Positions 29,745-38,552 of a stretch of 64,000 nt of DNA are shown here, one piece after another; within the stretch, counting starts at the first letter, position 1, and each line of letters starts with the position of its first letter. A program made the translations under genes and the position numbers. This stretch comes from Acutalibacteraceae bacterium (GTDB taxonomy: Bacteria; Bacillota; Clostridia; Oscillospirales; Acutalibacteraceae), in contig JAZSHI010000024.1 in NCBI GenBank assembly GCA_045533195.1, positions 448 to 64,447 of the forward strand, given 5' to 3'. The notes below the pieces were generated by a model. It was not told where the DNA came from and searched no databases. It saw only the letters and a list, made by a program, of their open reading frames with translations.

Positions 29745-31309
29745 TATTTATTTCTCCTTATAAAGAATATAGCAAATGCTGCGGCAAGAACAAGTAAGGG
29801 AAGAACTCCCACAAATATAATTCTGACAGCCTTTACCGATGCGCTGGAGGTAACGTAAAGCTCACTTGTAGCATCTATAGTCTTGTTTTCGAATGTAATT
29901 GTCTTTTCGCTCATTCCCGTACCGTAACGAAGGGCATTAAGAGCGGTAAGCTTATAATCAACGGTACTTGCATATCTTTCAATATATTCCTGAGAAATAA
30001 AGTCAATACTTGAGAATGCAATTACACGGCTGAAGATACTCTTATCGGTGTCGTTATCAAAATCCTCTTCGGTAGAAATAATTGCATTGGAAAGCTTACG
30101 CTTTTCAAGGTCCTTTGAAGGAGCAACCGAAGGATCGGCGGAAACAGGAACAATTACAGATGTACCGTTTGTGCCGATAATGGTTTGGGTAGTTCTTCCG
30201 CCGTAGTTTTCGCCGTTTTCGTACATAGGTACGTTATAACCGCTTAAAAATGCATTGGCAATGGTAAATGGAGCGTTACTCTGTCCAAAAGACATATAGG
30301 TTGCGTGGTTTTTATCCATATAGTAACCGTCATTGGTTTCGAAAACTATACCGTTTTCAACCGCGATTCCCCATTCGCCAAGGAAGTTATAAAGGTTAGG
30401 CAATCTCTGATAGCCTGTATCACCGTAGAACAAAAGGGTTTTTGAAAGTTTTCCGTTGCCCTCTAAGAATACACTTAATGCGCTAAGCTCTTCTTTGGTG
30501 AAGTCCTTAACGGGAGCAACAATAACAGCCGCATCGTATTCCTGAGGAATTTCCTTTAAAATATCTCCTGTAATTTCGTCAACCTTAAAGTTATTGAGTT
30601 CAAGCACTCCTTTAAAGTAATCAAATGTACCTGCTTTGCTGTGGGAAGCAAGGAAAGCAACCTTTTTGGTTTCTTCGCTGATTACAGAAGCAACGGCGCT
30701 TGTAAGGGAGGTTTCAAGGCGGGAACCGTTAATGTAGTAGTAATCATATCCCATAGAAGCCATACCCGAGGTATCCTCAGCAGTATATATATCGGTAAGG
30801 GTAAGATTTCTGTAGTTGTCAAGGGTTGCGCCGCTTGAAGTTGTAAAGGAACAGGTTACAAGAATATCACCGTACATAAAGGACTCAGGGTATTTGGTAG
30901 AAATTTCAGCCATCTGAGTACCGTAGGGGTCCATATAGGTAACCTTGATATTTTTGTTTAAATCGGCATACTTTTCAAGGAACTTGGTGGTCTGCTCATA
31001 GTAGTCACCGGTAGAATCGGTATAACCCATCTGATTAGCATAGTAGTTCATATAACCGCCGTAATATTCACTTGCCGAAGCAGCCATTACGTAAATGTTA
31101 ATTTCTTTATCAACACTTTTAATATACTCTGCGTTTTCTTCGCTGATAGAGTGCTTTTTGTCGCTGGTAAGGTCATATTCCAAATCGACGCGCTTTGCAA
31201 GAAAGCTCATAAGAACATTCACTAAAATCGCGCCCGTAAGAACGATAGCAATAGCAAGTACAGCGTAACCGCCGCGTTTAAATAAAAATCTGTTTTTAAT
31301 CTTAGCCAT
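29744..31309 (-). CDS. GldG-family ABC-transporter auxiliary protein
   Basis: 521 aa with N- and C-terminal TM anchors. Position and size match GldG-like proteins. Confidence 0.6.
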   Translation of the reverse strand: MAKIKNRFLFKRGGYAVLAIAIVLTGAILVNVLMSFLAKRVDLEYDLTSDKKHSISEENAEYIKSVDKEINIYVMAASASEYYGGYMNYYANQMGYTDSTGDYYEQTTKFLEKYADLNKNIKVTYMDPYGTQMAEISTKYPESFMYGDILVTCSFTTSSGATLDNYRNLTLTDIYTAEDTSGMASMGYDYYYINGSRLETSLTSAVASVISEETKKVAFLASHSKAGTFDYFKGVLELNNFKVDEITGDILKEIPQEYDAAVIVAPVKDFTKEELSALSVFLEGNGKLSKTLLFYGDTGYQRLPNLYNFLGEWGIAVENGIVFETNDGYYMDKNHATYMSFGQSNAPFTIANAFLSGYNVPMYENGENYGGRTTQTIIGTNGTSVIVPVSADPSVAPSKDLEKRKLSNAIISTEEDFDNDTDKSIFSRVIAFSSIDFISQEYIERYASTVDYKLTALNALRYGTGMSEKTITFENKTIDATSELYVTSSASVKAVRIIFVGVLPLLVLAAAFAIFFIRRNK

Positions 31310-31324
31310 TTTACCGTCCCCCTT

Positions 31325-32029
31325 TTAAGACCATCTGCGTTTCTCGACAGAACGAACAGAAAGGAACACGAATACTATAATTACGGTAATGTAGTAAACA
31401 ACGTCCTCTACCTTTAATATACTGTCGGAGAAGCTTGTGAATCTGTCCAGCAAAGCAATGGCAGATGTGATTTTTGTAAGCCATTCAATTCCGATAATCT
31501 GGAATATCTGTGAAATGAACATTATTACAATGTTTGCAACTACCGAAAGAACTGCCGCAAGAGCTGTGCTTTCTGTAATGGAGGAAATAAAAATTCCTAT
31601 TGCAATAAGTGTAGAGCCTAAAAGCAAAGTTCCAAGCAAGGAATATAAAAACTGCAACCAGTTTGCTGCTGCATGGTAAGAAACTATAGTCTGGAAAATG
31701 ATTAGAGGCGCATTTGCTATAGCGTAAATTGATACACAAGCCCAGAATTTGCCCATAATTACAGAGGTTACCGAAACAGGAGCGGTAAGAAGCACCTGAT
31801 CCACCTTCTGACGCTTATCTTCACTTATGGTTCTCATTGTAAGAAGAGGAATAAGGAAGATGGTAAGATAAAGGGGGAACATAAAGGGAATTCTGTAAAC
31901 CTCGGTACTGCCCGCTTGATAAAGGGCTGCAAACATAAGACCTTCAATAGCAAAGAAGGCTGCAAAAAATACATAGGAAATAATGGAGGTAAAATACGCT
32001 CTCATTTCACGTCTAAATATAGCACTCAT
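31325..32029 (-). CDS. ABC-2 type transporter permease
   Basis: 234 aa with about 6 TM helices, adjacent to the ATPase gene. Confidence 0.8.
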   Translation of the reverse strand: MSAIFRREMRAYFTSIISYVFFAAFFAIEGLMFAALYQAGSTEVYRIPFMFPLYLTIFLIPLLTMRTISEDKRQKVDQVLLTAPVSVTSVIMGKFWACVSIYAIANAPLIIFQTIVSYHAAANWLQFLYSLLGTLLLGSTLIAIGIFISSITESTALAAVLSVVANIVIMFISQIFQIIGIEWLTKITSAIALLDRFTSFSDSILKVEDVVYYITVIIVFVFLSVRSVEKRRWS

Positions 32030-33124
32030 TTAGTTTTCCTCCTTTGCGTTTTCTTCCGCCTCGGCTTCATTTATTGCTTCAGCTATCGCTGCCTTCGTTT
32101 CAAGCTGTTCCTCGTCTATATCTTCAGCAACTTCAGCCTTTGCTTCGTTCTGCTGTAGGTCGTTATCAGACGGCTCAAAGTAAGACTGCATATCGTCATC
32201 TCCGGTAAGACGAAGGAATATCTGCTCAAGGGTAAGCTCGTTGCTTTTAAGAGACAAAAGAACCTTCTGTCTTTCTGCAAGACGCTTTGTTACCTCTGCT
32301 CTTATATCAGCATCAGCCTCGGGGAATATATGATAATCTCTGCTTCCGCTTTCAAGCTCACCAAGACATTCTACTGCCTTTACGTCCTTAACGCTTTTAA
32401 GTACGCCCATAACGTCATCCTCTCTGCCCATAACTCTGGCAATAAGAGAATGGTCTTTTGAGAGATTCTTAGAAAGGTTTTCGGGAGTATCATCGGCAAT
32501 TATGTGACCGCGGTTAATTATAATAACACGCTTACATACCGCCTGAACCTCGGAAAGAATGTGGGAGGAAAGAATAATGGTGTGATTTTTTCCAAGCTTT
32601 GTAATAAGATCGCGGATTTCAATAATCTGCTTAGGGTCAAGACCAACGGTAGGCTCGTCCAAAATAAGTACGTCGGGGTTTCCCACAAGTGCGCCTGCAA
32701 TACCAACACGCTGACGGAAACCTTTTGAAAGGTTTTTAATAAGTCTTCCTTCAACCTCGTCAATACGTACAAGACGGATAATTTCATCAATATGTGCTTT
32801 TTTCGGAAATCTTACCTTCTTTAAATTATATATGAAATATAGATACTCTCTTACAGTCATATCAAGATAAAGGGGAGGAATTTCGGGCAGATAGCCGATT
32901 CTCTTTTTAGCAAGTTCGGGATCGGTCATAATATTAAAGCCGTCAATTTTAACCTCACCCTGAGTAAGAGAGAGATAACCGGTTAAAATATTCATTATAG
33001 TGGATTTACCCGCGCCGTTAGGGCCGAGAAAGCCTACAACTTCGCCCTTGCTTATCCTAAAATTAGCATTTTCAACAGCCAGATGTGTGCCGTATCTTTT
33101 GCTTAGTCCGGAAACATTAATCAT
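32030..33124 (-). CDS. ABC transporter ATP-binding protein with acidic C-terminal tail
   Basis: Walker A GPNGAGKST, signature LSKGFRQR and Walker B LILDEP. The last ~60 aa are rich in E, A and D. Confidence 0.92.
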   Translation of the reverse strand: MINVSGLSKRYGTHLAVENANFRISKGEVVGFLGPNGAGKSTIMNILTGYLSLTQGEVKIDGFNIMTDPELAKKRIGYLPEIPPLYLDMTVREYLYFIYNLKKVRFPKKAHIDEIIRLVRIDEVEGRLIKNLSKGFRQRVGIAGALVGNPDVLILDEPTVGLDPKQIIEIRDLITKLGKNHTIILSSHILSEVQAVCKRVIIINRGHIIADDTPENLSKNLSKDHSLIARVMGREDDVMGVLKSVKDVKAVECLGELESGSRDYHIFPEADADIRAEVTKRLAERQKVLLSLKSNELTLEQIFLRLTGDDDMQSYFEPSDNDLQQNEAKAEVAEDIDEEQLETKAAIAEAINEAEAEENAKEEN

Positions 33125-33287
33125 TTAGGGACACTCCTTTTAAGAAATTAAAAACATTTATTACAGTTTACAACATTCCCTTTTATAAATTGTAAATAAA
33201 CTATAAATTGTTCATACAGAAATATTATACAATGTAATGCAAATTATATCAAGTATTTTTAGTTTTAATATTTTTCAAAAAAAATAC

Positions 33288-33316
33288 TTGACAATCTCGT
33301 TACAAGTTGTTATAAT
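33288..33316 (+). promoter_or_regulatory. sigma-A type promoter (TTGACA-N17-TATAAT) for the tRNA pair
   Basis: Perfect hexamers about 32 nt upstream of tRNA-Met. Confidence 0.8.
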
Positions 33317-33347
33317 GTCAAAGTCGCGATATGTGACTGATATAAAT

Positions 33348-33424
33348 GGCGATATAGCTCAGTTGGCTAGAGCATGCGGTTCATACCCGCAGTGTCGTAG
33401 GTTCAAGTCCCACTATCGCCACCA
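33348..33424 (+). tRNA. tRNA-Met (CAT), elongator-like
   Basis: Cloverleaf folded by hand. Acceptor GGCGATA/TATCGCC and anticodon loop TTCATAC. One A-C mismatch in the T stem. CCA is encoded. Confidence 0.85.
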
Positions 33425-33428
33425 ATAC

Positions 33429-33504
33429 GGCCCGGTGGTCAAGAGGCCTAAGACACCGCCCTTTCACGGCGGTAACACGAGTTCGAATCTCGTCCGGGTC
33501 ACCA
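33429..33504 (+). tRNA. tRNA-Glu (TTC)
   Basis: Near-identical to the B. subtilis tRNA-Glu as I recall it. Anticodon loop CTTTCAC. CCA is encoded. Confidence 0.9.
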
Positions 33505-33511
33505 ACAAAAA

Positions 33512-33547
33512 AGCCTGATTTGTCTAATAGACAAGTCAGGCTTTTTT
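33512..33547 (+). terminator. rho-independent terminator
   Basis: 13-bp stem AGCCTGATTTGTC / GACAAGTCAGGCT followed by T6. Confidence 0.85.
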
Positions 33548-33548
33548 G

Positions 33549-33718
33549 AATGATGTTTGCCTTTGGCAAATGATGTCACTTACGCTAACGATGACGGCTT
33601 CGCCTTGTGATGTCGCTTCGCTAATGTTTTCGAGCAAACATCGCATCATTGCGAGTTATACGAGCAACATCATTATGCAACGCATAACATCATATCACCG
33701 TCAGGTGATGCATCATTG
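33549..33718. repeat. degenerate ~20-nt ATGATGT / ACATCAT repeats
   Basis: AATGATGTTTGCC, AATGATGTCACTT, ACGATGACGGCTTCGCC and GTGATGTCGCTTCGC, then reversed units CAAACATCGCATCAT, CAACATCAT and ATAACATCAT. Confidence 0.6.
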
Positions 33719-33764
33719 AAACATTCTGGATTTTATGATATAATTTAAAAAAGGAGGCGATTTT

Positions 33765-34127
33765 GTGAAAGAAAACAAGCTTGCAGAGCTTTCGATGAAT
33801 TTTTCCGTAGATATTATAAATCTTGTAAAGCGTTTGAAAGCAAATCATGAATCTATTATTTCTAATCAAATTGGCAGAAGCGGAACAAGCATTGGTGCTA
33901 ATATCAACGAAGCACAATACGCACAAGGTAAAAAAGATTTTATTTCCAAACTAGAAATTGCCCTAAAAGAAGCAAGTGAAACAGGTTATTGGCTTGAATT
34001 ATTACGCAGAACAAATTATATCGACGAACAGCTGTATATGGCACTGTCTTCTAAATGCACTTCTTTAAGAGTGATGTTGATCGCATCCTGCCGCACCGCA
34101 AAGGAGAATTCCAGTGAAAAAAAGTGA
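33765..34127 (+). CDS. four-helix-bundle protein (23S rRNA-intervening-sequence protein family)
   Basis: GTG start 8 nt after AGGAGG. Motifs QIGRSGTSIGANINEA and ALKEASETGYWLELL. Confidence 0.8.
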   Translation: MKENKLAELSMNFSVDIINLVKRLKANHESIISNQIGRSGTSIGANINEAQYAQGKKDFISKLEIALKEASETGYWLELLRRTNYIDEQLYMALSSKCTSLRVMLIASCRTAKENSSEKK

Positions 34128-34223
34128 GTTTTATTTGCATGGTTAAGCCATTTTGCACAGAAAATTATTTGTGGCACGTATTTTCTGCAGCTTGATGTGA
34201 TACAACGCTTCGCTTTGATTATA

Positions 34224-34248
34224 CACACGCCTTCGGGCGTGTTTTTTT
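34224..34248 (+). terminator. rho-independent terminator
   Basis: CACACGCC-TTCG-GGCGTGT followed by T7. Confidence 0.75.
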
Positions 34249-35455
34249 ACTTCCCTATATAAACCTCGTCTTCGCCGATTAGAGTGCCTTCAAGGTCGTA
34301 AAGTTTAACATAGGCGTAGCCTGTTTCGGCATAGGCGGGGGTTTTAAACCATACCCACGTACAGCCTTCGCTGCCCGACTTCCAATTTTTTCCGAAATCC
34401 CCCTTTTGAACACTGCCGCCTGGGAAAACTATTTCATATTTTACAGTAGTGGTAGCATTTGGTGCGCCGCCCGAAAGAGTAACGTGAAAATAAACGGTAT
34501 CAAAACGGGATATAACGGCGCTATCGGTGGTTTTATCCTCTTTACTGTTATTTATAATACATTTGGCAGACCAAGAGTAAAGGCTTTTGTGAATTGCCTT
34601 TGATTCCTCATAATTTACGCTTACTAATTCCTTTAAGTATTCAAAGGTGGTCAAGTCCTCCGCATTTTGATGCCCTTTTACATAGGCAAACATTGACTGT
34701 TGTTTTAAATTAAGGCTATCCTCATAATCTGAAATTTCTTCAAAAATTTTAACCGCTTCGGTATATTTTCCTGCCTTGTGATAAGACTTTGCTTTGTTAT
34801 AATTTGACAGAACAAGCTGCTCGTTGCTGTCCTTATAATCGGCAAGTGAAGAAAAAATATTTACCGCCGCTTCCCACTTTTCGCCCTTTATCGCAATAAG
34901 TCCTAATTGATAATTACATTCCTTTATATTTTTTCCTGCTTCTTTATAATTACCAAGGGCATTGAAATTCTCCTTTGCCCTTTCCCACTCTGCTTTTTCC
35001 ATAAGTTTAAGGGCATCTTTATATAAACATTCTTTTTTAAGTCCTAAAGAATCGTGATATTCCCCCAGCTCATCAAAGAAAATATATGCTTCCCCGTATT
35101 TTTCATCACTAAAAAGCCTTAGCGCAACGTCGTATTTGGTTCTAAAAATTCTGTCACTACTGTCCTTATAGTCACCAAGGTCTTCAAATATCTCAATTGC
35201 CTTTTCATAATCTCCGTTTTTTATGTGACCAAGAGCTTTATTATATCTTAACTGCGGAAGAAGAATAACAACAAAAAGAATCGATAAGGCAACAAGCAAA
35301 ACAGCGGTTATGCATAATGCTATAACCGTTTTTCTTTTTTTCTTTTTTGCATTTTTAATTGCCAGTTCCTTAACCTCTTTAAGCTCTTCCTCAGCATTAT
35401 CATATGCATCCTGCCAGAACCTATCGGTATCGTTAATCTGAAATGAAGGCTTCAC
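34247..35455 (-). CDS. membrane-anchored protein with five 37-aa TPR-like 'LGDYKDS' repeats
   Basis: One TM helix, five repeats ending in GDYKDS, GEYHDS, GNYKEA, ADYKDS and SDYEDS, and a C-terminal beta-rich domain. Confidence 0.7.
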   Translation of the reverse strand: MKPSFQINDTDRFWQDAYDNAEEELKEVKELAIKNAKKKKRKTVIALCITAVLLVALSILFVVILLPQLRYNKALGHIKNGDYEKAIEIFEDLGDYKDSSDRIFRTKYDVALRLFSDEKYGEAYIFFDELGEYHDSLGLKKECLYKDALKLMEKAEWERAKENFNALGNYKEAGKNIKECNYQLGLIAIKGEKWEAAVNIFSSLADYKDSNEQLVLSNYNKAKSYHKAGKYTEAVKIFEEISDYEDSLNLKQQSMFAYVKGHQNAEDLTTFEYLKELVSVNYEESKAIHKSLYSWSAKCIINNSKEDKTTDSAVISRFDTVYFHVTLSGGAPNATTTVKYEIVFPGGSVQKGDFGKNWKSGSEGCTWVWFKTPAYAETGYAYVKLYDLEGTLIGEDEVYIGK

Positions 35456-35511
35456 TATAACCCCTCTTTTTTGTTTTATATACTGATTTTATCACCTTTT
35501 CCGACTTTTTT

Positions 35512-35548
35512 CAACAAAAAAAGAAGTCCTATTTCTAAGACTTCTTTT
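35512..35548 (-). terminator. rho-independent terminator
   Basis: Stem AAGAAGTC / GACTTCTT with a T-run on the minus strand. Confidence 0.55.
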
Positions 35549-35637
35549 ATCCTTTTATTAATGCTGTAAAAAACTTCACCAATATCTATTTTGGGGGCTT
35601 TATCTCTTTCGTTACAACATATATTAATTGGTATTTT

Positions 35638-35664
35638 GTAGGGGACGATGCCCACATCGTCCCG
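35638..35664. repeat. repeat family C hairpin (copy 2)
   Basis: GTAGGGGACGATGCCCACATCGTCCCG, identical to the reverse complement of 18101..18127. Confidence 0.85.
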
Positions 35665-35681
35665 TTTAAACTGTGCGAAGT

Positions 35682-35963
35682 TTAATAAAGTCGTCCGTAA
35701 TTCTTTTTTAATTCTTCTATTTTTTCTTTATTCTGTTTTATGAATTCCTCTGCATTTTCCTCACTATAAAAAGAGTATTTATAACCGCAAACACCGCAGA
35801 CGTATTCATAACTTTTAATTTGATAGGCATCGCAGATAGGACAAATTATGGTGTTGTCAAATCTTGAAAGAGGGTTTTTATATTGCACAAGATTTATATA
35901 TCTGTCGCCAATACTGTAAACACCATTTTTATCGGGGTGGCAAATAAAAACCAGAGATTCCAT
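35682..35963 (-). CDS. small zinc-ribbon-like hypothetical protein
   Basis: 93 aa with CPICD...CGVCG. AAAGGAG RBS lies 5 nt upstream of the ATG. Confidence 0.6.
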   Translation of the reverse strand: MESLVFICHPDKNGVYSIGDRYINLVQYKNPLSRFDNTIICPICDAYQIKSYEYVCGVCGYKYSFYSEENAEEFIKQNKEKIEELKKNYGRLY

Positions 35964-35980
35964 AATAACTCCTTTATAAT

Positions 35981-36222
35981 AAAAAAGTGCGGCAACCGAA
36001 GTTACCGCACCGAAAAACGCAAACTCCGATTGTCGCCAAACAAATTACAAGTAATGAGGATTTACACACACAATAGCTTGTAGGAATTTGCGGTTTTGCA
36101 AAATTTACAAAAATATTGTATGTGTATAAAAGGGTATAATACCCCCATAAAAACTGTAATCCTCCTAAAATATGCAATTTGTTTGGCGTATTTAGTATAT
36201 CACAGAAAAAAACAAAATACAA
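35981..36222 (-). ncRNA. candidate structured leader/sRNA: promoter, ~155-nt imperfect hairpin, terminator
   Basis: Minus-strand TTGTAT-N17-TATACT (36194..36222). Perfect 13-bp arms at 36176..36188 and 36034..36046. Terminator GTGCGGYAAC stem plus T6 at 35981..36010. Confidence 0.4.
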
Positions 36223-36234
36223 GAAATTAATTTC

Positions 36235-36278
36235 ATACCCTTTTTCCTACACCCTACACCCTATTCCCTAATAAAAAA
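36235..36278. repeat. repeat family B, copy 2
   Basis: CCTACACCCTACACCCTATTCCCTAATAAAAAA. Confidence 0.7.
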
Positions 36279-36313
36279 GAAATGAGCACATTCGGAGCGC
36301 TCATTTCTTTTTT
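36273..36313. terminator. bidirectional rho-independent terminator
   Basis: Stem GAAATGAGC / GCTCATTTC flanked by an A-run and a T-run. Confidence 0.7.
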
Positions 36314-36314
36314 A

Positions 36315-37163
36315 TTAAAGATTTTTAAACAATTCTTTCATTTCTTCGGTAAGGGGGGCGCCGTAGGGACAGTGTGCAAAGGCTTCTGCTGTTTTGATTT
36401 TTTTGCCCTTTTCTTCGCCGTAGATTTCAATAAGCTCTTTTCTGAAACGTGCGGCTGTTTTGGCATTACGTACTGCATATCCTCTGCGAGCAGCCATAAC
36501 CTCTTCGTCGGTGGTGTCTTCGGTTAAATTAATGCCCTTAAGCCACTCGAAGCGTTCTTCTTTGCCCTCAGGAACTTCATCGTGAGTAGTATAGGGAAGC
36601 CACTCATAAACCTGAGATACGTTAATGTCGGCTATCTTAAGTTTAATATCGTGTACGTCATCGGTAGGAACAATAAGAGCAAGTTCAAAATCGGGATTCG
36701 TAAAGCGATCCTCATAATAAAGAATAAGAGGAGTGTCGGTCATAGCAGGGGTGTCGGGACATTCGTGAGGAACGATAAGCATATAAGAAGCGTCCTGCAC
36801 CAAAATACCTGCGGCGCGGTGGTCGGCGTGATAGTCGTTAGCGCGGTGAGTGATAATAACGTCGGGATTATAGTTTCTTATATAGCGGATAAGTCTTCTT
36901 CTGTTTTCAAGGGTAGGCTCTAACGAACAGTCATTCATATCGGTCCATACGTCGTACTGAATACCAAGAAGCTCTGCTACCTGTGCAGATTCTCCTGCTC
37001 GTCTTGCAACCGTTTCCTCGGGAGTCATAATGTGGTGACCGCCGCTGCCGTTACAAAGGCTTAAAAATCTTACGTCGTGACCTTGTGCCTTGAGCTTCGG
37101 AGTAATACCTCCGCAACGAAATTCGTTGTCATCCTGATGTGCGCCAATCATTAAAAATTTCAT
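36315..37163 (-). CDS. PIG-L/LmbE-family deacetylase
   Basis: Motifs IGAHQDDNE and HRANDYHADH. Confidence 0.8.
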   Translation of the reverse strand: MKFLMIGAHQDDNEFRCGGITPKLKAQGHDVRFLSLCNGSGGHHIMTPEETVARRAGESAQVAELLGIQYDVWTDMNDCSLEPTLENRRRLIRYIRNYNPDVIITHRANDYHADHRAAGILVQDASYMLIVPHECPDTPAMTDTPLILYYEDRFTNPDFELALIVPTDDVHDIKLKIADINVSQVYEWLPYTTHDEVPEGKEERFEWLKGINLTEDTTDEEVMAARRGYAVRNAKTAARFRKELIEIYGEEKGKKIKTAEAFAHCPYGAPLTEEMKELFKNL

Positions 37164-37167
37164 AGTT

Positions 37168-38427
37168 TTACATCCTTTCGAGTTGTTCTTTGTGTTTATA
37201 AGAAAGCTTCATTGCTATAAGGAAAATAAAGCTTATAATAACCAAAATAATGAGTAAAGAAACAAGTGATAATGTGTAGTTACCAAAAATATCATAAAAA
37301 ATATTCATAGCAGGAGCGCCGATGGACATACCCAAATATGAAATAGAAACAAAAATTCCCAACACGTCATTATAGGATTTAAGTCCGAAAAATTCACCTG
37401 CATAAATCGGTAACATAACCGTTTCTAAGGGAAGAGAAAGAGCAAATAATAAAGCGCTTATAACGGCAATAATCTTACCGAGTAGGGTGTCTCCGATTGT
37501 AAGCAGAGCAGAAATATTTAAAATACCGCAAACAAGGGAAACAATAACAGCGGTTTTAAGTCCGAATTTATCGTAAAGTGTTCCGCTTAAAATTTTTGAA
37601 AAGGCAAGAGTAAAGGTATAAATACTGATAATTGTAGTAACCATTCCCTTTGAAAGACCGGTATCCTCCAAAACAGCAGCATAGGAAGCAGCAAGACCTT
37701 GAAGAATAAGGCAGGAAAGAAAAATAAAGCAGCAAATCATATAAAAATAAGGCTTTTTTAAAGCGTCTTTAATTCCGATACCTTCAAAATCTGCGGTTTT
37801 TTTGGTGGTTTTGTTGTCCTTGTGCAGAGCCGATTTGTTATTATCGGCATACAAGAAGAGAAAAAGAAGAAAAACCGCACCCACAAGACAGGCTATTAAA
37901 ATATAAGCCTTTTTATAACCGAAAACGCTGCTGCTTATAATAGGGGTTAAAATATTGGTTGCGATTGTTCCGCCGAAACCGTTAGCGGCAAGAACAATGC
38001 CCATAACCGTACCCACGTTTTTTGCCGCTCTGCGTCTGATTATTGAACCCACCATAGAGGTGGAAGTCCAGGAAAAGCCGATACCAAGGAACGTGCCCGC
38101 AAGATAAAAGCCGGAAAGTGTGGTTGAAAAGGCGAATAACAGCATAGAAGCTATGAGGAAAAGCAGTCCCGCAAGAATAAGCTTTTTAGTGCCGAATTTC
38201 GTAACAAGCGCTCCGAAAAAAGCATTGACAACAGCAGACGAAATAAAACGGAAGGTGTCGGCAACCGAAAAGGCGCTTCGGCTCATATTTAAGGCGTTTG
38301 TTACGGGAGATAGAAAAATGGTTTTACTGGTGGAGCAAAAGCCCAGACAAAGTAAAATCATCAAAAAGCAAAGCACATACACCAAAATGTTGTACCGCGG
38401 GCTGTCAAAAAATTTAAATTTCTTCAT
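37168..38427 (-). CDS. MFS transporter
   Basis: 419 aa with about 12 TM helices and an internal loop. Confidence 0.85.
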   Translation of the reverse strand: MKKFKFFDSPRYNILVYVLCFLMILLCLGFCSTSKTIFLSPVTNALNMSRSAFSVADTFRFISSAVVNAFFGALVTKFGTKKLILAGLLFLIASMLLFAFSTTLSGFYLAGTFLGIGFSWTSTSMVGSIIRRRAAKNVGTVMGIVLAANGFGGTIATNILTPIISSSVFGYKKAYILIACLVGAVFLLFLFLYADNNKSALHKDNKTTKKTADFEGIGIKDALKKPYFYMICCFIFLSCLILQGLAASYAAVLEDTGLSKGMVTTIISIYTFTLAFSKILSGTLYDKFGLKTAVIVSLVCGILNISALLTIGDTLLGKIIAVISALLFALSLPLETVMLPIYAGEFFGLKSYNDVLGIFVSISYLGMSIGAPAMNIFYDIFGNYTLSLVSLLIILVIISFIFLIAMKLSYKHKEQLERM

Positions 38428-38552
38428 ATAAAGCCTCCAACCAATTTAACAAAAATTTTCATTGACTTTAATATATATTGATTATACAATAAAAATAACC
38501 CAAAGTAGTTAGCAAAAGGTACATTTAATTTAACATTTCTTCCGAGGTAGTT

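Noticed and set aside
28197-33124. ABC ATPase / ABC-2 permease / GldG-like / DUF4340 operon as a novel system
   Set aside because: This four-gene arrangement is widespread and already catalogued in Firmicutes and Bacteroidota. Only the acidic tail of the ATPase is mildly unusual.
33237-33569. ORFs of 93 aa (+) and 62 aa (-) overlapping the tRNA-Met/tRNA-Glu pair
   Set aside because: Both read straight through two well-folded tRNA genes and their terminator.
33549-33718. Possible CRISPR array, because of short repeated units
   Set aside because: The units are degenerate, switch orientation, and are not separated by unique spacers of uniform length. No cas genes are present in the window.
35974-36222. 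82-aa minus-strand ORF
   Set aside because: It spans the long imperfect palindrome and the terminator, so the sequence is dictated by hairpin symmetry. I treat the region as a candidate RNA element instead.
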